A stretch of DNA of 64,000 bases, taken from a virus. A program made the translations under genes and the position numbers. This document shows positions 10,062-18,035 of the stretch, piece after piece. The DNA lies in the IMG/VR virus record IMGVR_UViG_3300020392_000005; one strand, given 5' to 3'. How positions within the stretch are numbered: the first letter of the stretch is position 1; every line of letters begins with the position of its first letter. Under the pieces are notes generated by a model. It searched no databases and had not been told where the DNA came from. It worked only from the letters and a program-made list of their open reading frames with translations.

Positions 10062-10900
10062 TATTTAACTTCTCCAAATGGGTTAGCTTCTGTAAAGTCT
10101 AATATGTCATCTGAAACCGTTGCAGTATCAAAACCTGCTTCAGTATCTAAATCTAAATTATCAGCGTATACAGATTTAGTTTGTATTGATGTGGCTGCGT
10201 CTCCGTCAGTTGTGATATCATCAAACTCTTCTTGTATTAAGTATTGTGGATTACCATACTTATCACCTTGTTCTAATATCAATCTACCTGTTGAAGATGT
10301 TAAACTAAATGTGCCATCTTCTAATAAGAATTGATATTGTAAACTTGTATCAAGTGATTTTCTATCATCTGCTGTATCAATATCAGGATGACCTGTATTA
10401 AATTCTTCACTTGAATATTCAAAAGTTTTACATCTTAATTTGTAAACTGGTAAGTTGCCTAGTTGAAAGAATGGTTCCTGGTCTTCAACAAACGCAACTT
10501 CAAAAAACTTGTTCATCAAAGGATAGTAAATTACATCACCTTCGTTAGGTCTACCATCAACCATTAGGTTTGCTGGGTCATCAACCTGTTCCATAAATCT
10601 TCTTTTCGCAACAACAAAAGTTGTATCGTCTCTAACTTCTAAACCAAACTTACTGATTATCTCTTGTTCGCCTTGGAATCCTTCAACCGTTTCAAAATAC
10701 ATTTCAATCAAATAACTATCATCAAACCTAGACGCAGAATCCTCACCTAATATAAGGTCTCTATTTACTAGAGTTCTAGGTAAATAATAAACAGCGTGAC
10801 CATAGATTTTTAAATTTTCTATAATTAAGTTTTCGTGCAATCGCTTTTCAGCGTCTGAACCTATGCCATCGCCGCCTTGAAAGTAATGATTAACGGCCAT
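10061..10900 (-). CDS. Neck protein gp14
   Basis: YYLPR, SKFGLEVRD, RPNEGDVIY and EPFFQLG motifs. Confidence 0.95.
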   Translation of the reverse strand: MAVNHYFQGGDGIGSDAEKRLHENLIIENLKIYGHAVYYLPRTLVNRDLILGEDSASRFDDSYLIEMYFETVEGFQGEQEIISKFGLEVRDDTTFVVAKRRFMEQVDDPANLMVDGRPNEGDVIYYPLMNKFFEVAFVEDQEPFFQLGNLPVYKLRCKTFEYSSEEFNTGHPDIDTADDRKSLDTSLQYQFLLEDGTFSLTSSTGRLILEQGDKYGNPQYLIQEEFDDITTDGDAATSIQTKSVYADNLDLDTEAGFDTATVSDDILDFTEANPFGEVK

Positions 10901-10907
10901 TGTTGTT

Positions 10908-11714
10908 TTATCCTATCATCATTGCTGGGTTTAACTCAAACGAATTTCTTATTTCAGTTTCTAGTTTTTCAATGTCTTGCATTGCTTCTGAATATATTTG
11001 TTGTCCGTTTAAGGTAACACCACCAATCATTGCTACTCCATTAAATTTAGAGAGATTGGCACCCCATTGTTTTTTAATTAATTGTGTTGTGTATCTCTTT
11101 AACCAGATATCGTTATAAACATCTGTATATGTGTCTGGGTCTAATTTTCTATATGCTTCTATTACTAAAAACTCACCTACTTGTAAATCGTTCTCCCAGT
11201 CCATATCAATGTACAATCTGTTATCGTGTTGATTAAATCTTAATGGCTTTTCTCCTACTAATATATGGTCTAAAAAATCTAATTGTCTTAAAACAATGTC
11301 ATAGTTTATTACACTTGTTGATGAAAAATCATACAAGTCGTTTAATCTTAATTGATATCTAACATCAAATAAGTTTAAGTTTCCTTTGTTTGAGAAAGGA
11401 AAGATATTAATTACAGATAATACACTTTCAGGAACAACTATAAATGAGTTGCCTTCTTTCCAAGTAGTGGTTACACTATTCTTGGTTACACCTTCAGAAG
11501 TATCTGTTAGTATTCTAGTTTTGTCAGCTTGAGTATACTGATATTTTAAATATGTTCGTCTGATACCATCATAGTGATATTGTTGATAATATTGTAGTGC
11601 TTCGTCAACTCTATCGTCTATCTGGTCATCATCAACATTTATTTCAATAACAGGATGCCCTAACGCTCTTTTTGCGTATGAAATTAATGTTTGTCTTGTA
11701 TTAGGAGTTGCCAT
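10908..11714 (-). CDS. Neck protein gp13
   Basis: LGHPVIEINVDDDQ, K.QWGANLSKF and GGVTLNG motifs. Confidence 0.95.
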   Translation of the reverse strand: MATPNTRQTLISYAKRALGHPVIEINVDDDQIDDRVDEALQYYQQYHYDGIRRTYLKYQYTQADKTRILTDTSEGVTKNSVTTTWKEGNSFIVVPESVLSVINIFPFSNKGNLNLFDVRYQLRLNDLYDFSSTSVINYDIVLRQLDFLDHILVGEKPLRFNQHDNRLYIDMDWENDLQVGEFLVIEAYRKLDPDTYTDVYNDIWLKRYTTQLIKKQWGANLSKFNGVAMIGGVTLNGQQIYSEAMQDIEKLETEIRNSFELNPAMMIG

Positions 11715-11737
11715 AGTTTATCCTCTTCTTTTAGCAA

Positions 11738-11745
11738 TATTTATA
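11738..11745 (-). promoter_or_regulatory. T4-type late promoter TATAAATA
   Basis: Exact motif just upstream of gp13. Confidence 0.75.
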
Positions 11746-11941
11746 ATTTCCACCAAGTACCGTCCTTAATATACTTTGAAGTTTCGTCATCTTTATCAAA
11801 ATATACGCATAGGAGGGCGATAACGAGGCCTAGAGAGACTAAACCTTGCATAAACGGACTATGTAAGAGTAAGAACCAAAGTACATCTAAACCGTTGCCA
11901 CCGTCTAAAATTATCCAATCAATTTCGTCTTGCATATTCAT
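11741..11941 (-). CDS. Small membrane protein
   Basis: 66 aa with a long hydrophobic stretch; ATGA overlap with the hemA stop. Confidence 0.5.
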   Translation of the reverse strand: MNMQDEIDWIILDGGNGLDVLWFLLLHSPFMQGLVSLGLVIALLCVYFDKDDETSKYIKDGTWWKL

Positions 11942-13131
11942 TTCTTCTTACCACACCTCTTTAATGCAGATTTCAATTTAACGACCATATCAAATATGTG
12001 TGCGTCTGTATGAAAAGGTGTAGGTGTAAATCTTAATCTTTCTGTTCCTCTAGCAACCGTAGGCCAGTTGATAGGTTGAACATAGATACCATTCTTGTAT
12101 AGTAATTCATCTGATACTGCTTTACATTTCTTTGGGTCACCTATAATAACAGGAACAATATGACTATCGTTTTTTAAAACTTCTATACCTTGTCTTTCAA
12201 TTTCTTCTTTTGTTTTCTTTGCTCGTTCCTGTAATTTTTCTCTTAATTCAGGATGGTCTTTAACATACTTAATACTAGTCAATGCACCAGCACATATCGT
12301 TGGCGATAAACTAGTTGTAAATATAAACGCACTTGCCATACTTCTTATTGCGTCTATAAACTCTCTCTTTCCTGCAATGTACCCACCTTGTACACCAAAG
12401 GCTTTTGCTAGCGTTCCGTTTATAATATCAACATCTACATTATCTCTTTCACATATACCAGCGCCTGTCTTACCATACAGACCAACAGCGTGTACTTCAT
12501 CTATAAAAGTTATTGCATTGTATTTTTTACATACATCAACAATCTCTTTTACAGGTGCTATGTCTCCGTCCATAGAATATACACTTTCAAATACTACACA
12601 TTTAGGACCAGTATTAGATTGTAAGATACTTTCTAAATCTTTTACATCATTATGTTTAAATATCTCTTTTCTATTTTTACTATGTCTGATACCTTGTATG
12701 ATTGAAGAGTGATTTTGTTCGTCTGATATAAACAACATATCAGGTATAATCTTACCCATTGTTTCTAATGTTGTTTGATTAGCGTTATATGCTGAAGTAA
12801 ATATTAAAGCACTTTCTTTATTATGTAGTATTGCAAGTTCTCTTTCTAACGCATAGTGATAATGAGTAGTGCCTGATATATTTCTCGTACCACCTGCACC
12901 TGCACCAGCAGTTTCTAGTGCTGTTTTCATACTATCAATTACATATGAGTGTTGACCCATACCTAGATAATCGTTTGAACACCAGTTAACTATATTTTTG
13001 ATTGAGTATTTTGAATACCATATGGCGTTAGGATACTCGCCACGCTTACGAATAATATCGTTAAATGTACGATATCTTCCGTCTTCTTTGTAATCTGTTA
13101 TTACTTGTTGAAATTTGTCTAAATGTTCCAT
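11938..13131 (-). CDS. hemA: 5-aminolevulinate synthase (PLP-dependent, Shemin pathway)
   Basis: WCSNDYLGM, GAGGTRNISG, NHSSIIQG, FESVYSMDGD, DEVHAVGLYG, PLP lysine in GTLAKAFG, FIFTTSL, ERLRFTP. Start placed at MEHLDKF (13131), which forms a TAATG overlap with the upstream stop. Confidence 0.95.
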   Translation of the reverse strand: MEHLDKFQQVITDYKEDGRYRTFNDIIRKRGEYPNAIWYSKYSIKNIVNWCSNDYLGMGQHSYVIDSMKTALETAGAGAGGTRNISGTTHYHYALERELAILHNKESALIFTSAYNANQTTLETMGKIIPDMLFISDEQNHSSIIQGIRHSKNRKEIFKHNDVKDLESILQSNTGPKCVVFESVYSMDGDIAPVKEIVDVCKKYNAITFIDEVHAVGLYGKTGAGICERDNVDVDIINGTLAKAFGVQGGYIAGKREFIDAIRSMASAFIFTTSLSPTICAGALTSIKYVKDHPELREKLQERAKKTKEEIERQGIEVLKNDSHIVPVIIGDPKKCKAVSDELLYKNGIYVQPINWPTVARGTERLRFTPTPFHTDAHIFDMVVKLKSALKRCGKKK

Positions 13132-13862
13132 TACTTTGCATATGGAAATAATGCGTCTGTACAAAACTCTTCAATATCTTTTTCAGGTAATCCTAATGCT
13201 TTCATTGTTCTAGGTGTATGAGGATTCTCTCTTTGAAATTTTGCGTATCTGTTTTGTGCTTCTTTTACTTCCGTCTCGCTTTTTATATTTGAATTTAAAT
13301 TAAAATCTTGTTTATATCGTCTTAACAAAGTAAAGTAAGGTCCCAAATCAGTACACGCTAAACTTAATGCGTTTGTCAGTTCTTTTTCTGTATTGATATT
13401 ACCTGCAGCTATCATACCTGGACTAAAAATTTCTAATGCCCAATCAGGTAACTCTCTTACTTTTGATGGTTCGTAAGTTTTACTTTCTTCACAAAACCAT
13501 TCTACCATCGGATGGTCTACTTCTCTCTTACCACTTAAAGGTGACCAATCGTGGAATAAACCAGTTACCTTATTAGGTCCTGCGATAACATCTAAACCCC
13601 ATATAGGTGCTGGTGTATGAAAATGAGGTATAACAACACAATGAAACATATATAGTTTTTTAGTTTCTCTAGCGTCAACAACATCTATATGACATCTTCT
13701 TGCTTCAGGTGTTTCCCAAACTCTATTAATCCAACCATCTTCTGGTCTATTAAATTTTGCCATACTTTCTTCAACAATCTCTTTGCCTTCGTCATCAAAC
13801 TTTGACATAAGATTTTTAGTTGCGTCTTCTAACATTTCCCATATTCTACTTCGTTGTGCCAT
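13131..13862 (-). CDS. pcyX: Ferredoxin-dependent bilin reductase, PcyX/PcyA-like
   Basis: W.N.VW....RRCHIDVVD, MFHCVV.P, P.WGLDVIAG..KVTG.FHDWSP, RELPDWA.EIFS and Q..Y...Q..NPHT.R motifs; flanked by heme oxygenase and hemA; start moved to MAQRS (13862). Confidence 0.85.
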   Translation of the reverse strand: MAQRSRIWEMLEDATKNLMSKFDDEGKEIVEESMAKFNRPEDGWINRVWETPEARRCHIDVVDARETKKLYMFHCVVIPHFHTPAPIWGLDVIAGPNKVTGLFHDWSPLSGKREVDHPMVEWFCEESKTYEPSKVRELPDWALEIFSPGMIAAGNINTEKELTNALSLACTDLGPYFTLLRRYKQDFNLNSNIKSETEVKEAQNRYAKFQRENPHTPRTMKALGLPEKDIEEFCTDALFPYAK

Positions 13863-14505
13863 CACCAAACCTCTTTTCGTTATTCTTAATAAATTGCAAC
13901 ATTTCTTTAAATAAGTCAGTTGCAAAACCAAAACATTGTCTTGCTTCGTAGACAACATTGTTTACATTTTTATCTATATCGCTAGCGTCATTGTAAACAT
14001 AATGACTATCTACTGCTAATCTTAATGCGTCTTTAATCTCATTTGTATCTTTGTATGTGATACCGTGTTCTGGATTCTTGTTAAATTTAAACTCATAATA
14101 TTTACCAAGACCAGGTACTTTTCTTTTTATCATTTGACCACCTGATAAATCGCCCATATGTCTAACATAAATGTGTGCCATTATCTTTTCAGGACAATCC
14201 ATCAATTCTTTATTTACATAGTCAACATATTTTCTTGTACTCTCAAACATCATAGGTTGATGAGGATAAGTCCATAGTTCATCAAAGTCTGCTTTGATAG
14301 CAGGTGCTCTTCTGATAAATGGAAAGTTATCTAATAAACCTTCTGCCATTGCAAGTGCTTCAAGTATATTATAACATTGATGTTGATTGTATAGATAGTT
14401 TGCGTATACTTCAGGATTTATTTTACCTGACATTAATATCTTAACGAAACCTTGTCTCTCAGCTTCTTTATGATGTTCCCAAGTGAGTTCTTTAAGAGTT
14501 TTCAT
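13846..14505 (-). CDS. hemO: Heme oxygenase
   Basis: LKELT.EHHKEAE (proximal His) and AHIYVRHMGDLSGGQMIK signature. Confidence 0.93.
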   Translation of the reverse strand: MKTLKELTWEHHKEAERQGFVKILMSGKINPEVYANYLYNQHQCYNILEALAMAEGLLDNFPFIRRAPAIKADFDELWTYPHQPMMFESTRKYVDYVNKELMDCPEKIMAHIYVRHMGDLSGGQMIKRKVPGLGKYYEFKFNKNPEHGITYKDTNEIKDALRLAVDSHYVYNDASDIDKNVNNVVYEARQCFGFATDLFKEMLQFIKNNEKRFGDGTTK

Positions 14506-15301
14506 TAATAGGTAATCCTTGTTCTTCTTTCTTTTTCTTTTCGTCTAAATCATCTTGTACATATTTTTTTAAATCTTCAGGCACATCTTCAAAATTCATA
14601 GTCTTAATATGTACAGCGTTTGCCATAAGACCTGCTCTCACCATTTGGTCTTCTGTCTCATCTTTATTACCGTCTGATACATTATTTTCACCAGATTTAT
14701 CTTTTGACATTTCTTTTACAGCGATTGAGAACATATCTACTTTTGGTTTTATTTCTTGCCAATATTCTTCGTGTGCTGCTAAATCACCTAATAGTTCGTG
14801 TCTATATTGCCAAGATAATTTAACTTCTTCAAGTACTTCTTCTCTTCTTTCACTATCATATGCTTTTTTAAATTCTTTTTCTATTTCTTCTACTAATACA
14901 GAAGACTTTAGATTTCTATGTATCTCACTCATCAATGCCCATAAGTGTGCAAGTATCTTTTCTCTATCATCTTTGATAGTATGTAAATGTTCTATGTAAG
15001 ATTGACAAGCAAACATTACAGCAGGTTGAACATACTTGCCTTTTTCTTCTATACCATTTAAAGGCCAATTTTTCTGATACTCTTCTCTAATAAGAGTGCC
15101 AACATATATTGGGTCTTTGTCTTTTGTGAGTTTAAGATTGTGTGCGTGAAATTCAGTAGAGGTTATGATATTTGCCTGATTAAACAGGAAAGTACCTACA
15201 ACCTCTATGTAATCTAATTTCTTTTCTTTATATCTTTCGTAGAAAGGATGATTTTCGTATCTGGTTCTTGCTTTGTCAACAAATTCAATAACTTGTTCCA
15301 T
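14492..15301 (-). CDS. Heme-oxygenase-like paralog lacking the catalytic motifs
   Basis: Aligns by eye to the adjacent HemO (FLFNQ vs YLYNQ; QPAVMF..QSYIEH vs QPMMF..RKYVDY; EKILAHLW vs EKIMAHIY) but has no GDLSGG; GGAG RBS before ATG 15301. Confidence 0.6.
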   Translation of the reverse strand: MEQVIEFVDKARTRYENHPFYERYKEKKLDYIEVVGTFLFNQANIITSTEFHAHNLKLTKDKDPIYVGTLIREEYQKNWPLNGIEEKGKYVQPAVMFACQSYIEHLHTIKDDREKILAHLWALMSEIHRNLKSSVLVEEIEKEFKKAYDSERREEVLEEVKLSWQYRHELLGDLAAHEEYWQEIKPKVDMFSIAVKEMSKDKSGENNVSDGNKDETEDQMVRAGLMANAVHIKTMNFEDVPEDLKKYVQDDLDEKKKKEEQGLPINENS

Positions 15302-15371
15302 TTTCACTCCAATTGTTAATATAACGACCTATCAGATATACAGCCCAACGGTCTATAATGTAATTATTTAT

Positions 15372-17576
15372 CTAGTCTCTAGGACCCAAGTGGAAGAAGT
15401 TGGACTCTTGGTTAGAGTTCGCACCTTCTCCATAATAATCGTGTTGGTATGTAGCAGAAGAACCACCATCATATCCAGTCCAATATAACTGACCTCTCTG
15501 GTTCAATGCAGCTGGCATTGAAGAGTTTCCAGATTGACCACCTATAAACAAGTCTGTCCATCTATGACCACCAGCAGGTTGGAATACAATTCTTTTTCTA
15601 ACTCTAAAGTTCTCGTTGTCTTCCATAGCACCAGAGAAAGAGTTTCTTCCACCGTTTGTCCATTGGTCATCATTTTGAGAAGTTCCACCAAGACCTTGGT
15701 CATCATTATTACCACCTCCCCAAATCTTGCCGTTGTCGTCAAGTATCATAGGTGAGTGATATTGATAATAAGGTGATGAACCTTGCATCCTATCTTGTCC
15801 TATATCACATACATTAACAGGCCATTTAGGTCCTTTAATGTGTATAAATGTTCCTGGCATTCCACCAGAGTGATAGTAGTAAGAGTTGGATTCAACTGAT
15901 TGACCTCGGTTACCATATGTATGATGGTTACCATCGTGGTTCCATAACATACCTGTTGATTTCTGTCTAAACATAAACCATTTTTGTTCGTCACCACCAC
16001 ACCAGAAGTAGTCTACATCACCATTGTGAGCAAAACTCATCCGTCTCCAAGAACCTAAATATTGAGTTCCTGTATAACCTGGTGACCCGAAAGGTACTGA
16101 ACCTGAAGTCGTGTAACCTGTGAACCACATATATCCTTCACCGTCTAGTATGAAAGAAGCGTGGTGACCACCATTGTTCCAAGTGTGTTTTAATAATTTG
16201 ATTCCACCGTATCTGTTAAAGTCAATACCTACTTTTGTTGGTTTCGTATAGTAGTAAGTTCCATTATAGTTACCTACACCAAGTTCACCGTGTTGGTTAT
16301 GACCCCAAGCCCATAAGTGACCTGCTTCGTCTAATGCGTGAGTCCAAGCCTCTTCTGAACCTGACCAGTAAACATCAACAATCATACGACCATCAAAGTA
16401 AGATTGTGGTAATCTTACAGGTCTGGTTACATTACCAGAATAGAAGGCAGTATTTGTTGGTCCACCAGAAGTGTCCGTTGAGTTGTTAATTGATGGGTTA
16501 CCTAAACCAAGTTGACCGTTGTTATTGTAACCCCATACCCATACTGAACCGTCATCACCTAACGCCCACACCGAAGATGTACCGTTATTTTTGTGCATAT
16601 CAGACATACCAATTTTTATAATTTTAGTCTGATTGAAAGTTTTAGTTATGTTGTTACCTTGCCAGTCAGTAGTGTCATTTGCAGTTACCCTAACCGTGTA
16701 TTGTCTATCAGTAGTTTCTGAATTTCCTAATCCGTAGTTACCATTTTCACCAGAAGCATATACTTCACCATTATCCATTAACCAATATGTTCTATTGTAA
16801 GTACCAACTACTTGTATAATTCTAGGTGCTCTACCGTGATGAGTAGTCATACGACCTGTACCAGATAAGTTCCAAGTTCTATTATCAGTAGATTGCATCC
16901 AGTTTGTAAATGTGAAACCTGTTGACATAAATTTCGCAGTTTCAATATTACCTGCAACACCATCACCTAAACCTGAACAAGATGTACTATCACCAGCACC
17001 GTACCACATATCAGAACCGTCTGAACATAATACGCAAGTTCTATAATTCATAGAAGCGTCATCGCCGTGGTTACTTCCTAAGTTGTATCTCCAGCCTAAC
17101 GGAGCTCTGTTTACGAAAGATACTACTTCGTTTCTAGTACACCATTTGTTTTCGTTTATGTAAATTAGTTCCCAATACTTTGATGGTTGTCCATCGTGTT
17201 CTTCTACCCAAGTGTTTTGATATCTAGTTCTTTTTAGACATAGATAAATTTTGTCAGCAACTTTAACCATTTCGCCTCTTTCATATTGTCTCCAATATTG
17301 CCAAGTTTCAATGTTATCGTTACCTGCAAGTAATAGTGTCCAGTATCTTTGATTATCTGGTCTATAACTTCTTTTAACAATTGTAGGTGCGTAATGCGTA
17401 TAAGAAGATGTATTGGTCATTGATTCCGAAGATATAGTAAAGCTGTTTTCAGGTGTATCTTCAATACATCTGTACGACTTACCTCTCCAGTAAACTACAT
17501 CATTTCTTTTGTAGCTTGTCATATCTTTCCAATTACCTCTCCAGGTAACTTTGAAATTTTTAATATCTAATGCCAT
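15372..17576 (-). CDS. RCC1/BLIP-II repeat beta-propeller protein, putative tail/receptor-binding protein
   Basis: N-terminal WRGNW...Y.RNDVV module; repeated GEVYASGEN.NYGLG / VWVWGYNNNGQLG / WAWGHNQHGELG. Confidence 0.75.
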   Translation of the reverse strand: MALDIKNFKVTWRGNWKDMTSYKRNDVVYWRGKSYRCIEDTPENSFTISSESMTNTSSYTHYAPTIVKRSYRPDNQRYWTLLLAGNDNIETWQYWRQYERGEMVKVADKIYLCLKRTRYQNTWVEEHDGQPSKYWELIYINENKWCTRNEVVSFVNRAPLGWRYNLGSNHGDDASMNYRTCVLCSDGSDMWYGAGDSTSCSGLGDGVAGNIETAKFMSTGFTFTNWMQSTDNRTWNLSGTGRMTTHHGRAPRIIQVVGTYNRTYWLMDNGEVYASGENGNYGLGNSETTDRQYTVRVTANDTTDWQGNNITKTFNQTKIIKIGMSDMHKNNGTSSVWALGDDGSVWVWGYNNNGQLGLGNPSINNSTDTSGGPTNTAFYSGNVTRPVRLPQSYFDGRMIVDVYWSGSEEAWTHALDEAGHLWAWGHNQHGELGVGNYNGTYYYTKPTKVGIDFNRYGGIKLLKHTWNNGGHHASFILDGEGYMWFTGYTTSGSVPFGSPGYTGTQYLGSWRRMSFAHNGDVDYFWCGGDEQKWFMFRQKSTGMLWNHDGNHHTYGNRGQSVESNSYYYHSGGMPGTFIHIKGPKWPVNVCDIGQDRMQGSSPYYQYHSPMILDDNGKIWGGGNNDDQGLGGTSQNDDQWTNGGRNSFSGAMEDNENFRVRKRIVFQPAGGHRWTDLFIGGQSGNSSMPAALNQRGQLYWTGYDGGSSATYQHDYYGEGANSNQESNFFHLGPRD

Positions 17577-17598
17577 ATCTTTTTCCTACTTTGTTAAA

Positions 17599-17988
17599 TT
17601 AGAATCCAAGATTACTTAAAAATGTAGCCTTGGCAGCCTTATGGTCAGCGATTGCTGTTTTTGTTGCAGAAGTGTCATCTGCTACATCAGCAAGTAAGTC
17701 AACCATTGACTTGTCTTCCATAAATTTTCTGTCTAAATCTTCTAAGCCTTGTTTTACATAGCTAGAAGAAGCTTTTAATGACGCTTTTTCGTCAGCGTCT
17801 GAAACAACTGAAACACCGTAAACGCTATCGTTTTCGCCATCAGTCTTAATAGTTGTATTGCCGTCATCAATTGAGAAGTAAGCTTTACCTTCTAGTTCTC
17901 CTAAACTGATTGGCGTATCACCTGTTGGCTGCACATAGTCGTCACCGTGAGGTACTCCAGCAGTCATTGAAAATATTACTTTTGCCAT
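17599..17988 (-). CDS. Hypothetical protein (possible tail fibre chaperone)
   Basis: 129-aa ORF between fibre-like genes, with its own late promoter. Confidence 0.5.
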   Translation of the reverse strand: MAKVIFSMTAGVPHGDDYVQPTGDTPISLGELEGKAYFSIDDGNTTIKTDGENDSVYGVSVVSDADEKASLKASSSYVKQGLEDLDRKFMEDKSMVDLLADVADDTSATKTAIADHKAAKATFLSNLGF

Positions 17989-18027
17989 TGTTTTTTTCTC
18001 CGTTAGTTTATTAAATTACTTTCCTTA

Positions 18028-18035
18028 TATTTATA
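18028..18035 (-). promoter_or_regulatory. T4-type late promoter TATAAATA
   Basis: Exact motif in the intergenic gap. Confidence 0.7.

Noticed and set aside
13131-13862. Calling the bilin reductase PebS or cyanophage PcyA, implying a cyanophage
   Set aside because: Linkage to ALA synthase (cyanobacteria use the C5 pathway) and the absence of photosynthesis genes in this window favour the PcyX type and a non-cyanobacterial host.
15308-15365. Possible structured RNA leader upstream of the heme cassette (GACC...GGTC stem)
   Set aside because: The stem depends on many G-U pairs and matches no motif I recognise.
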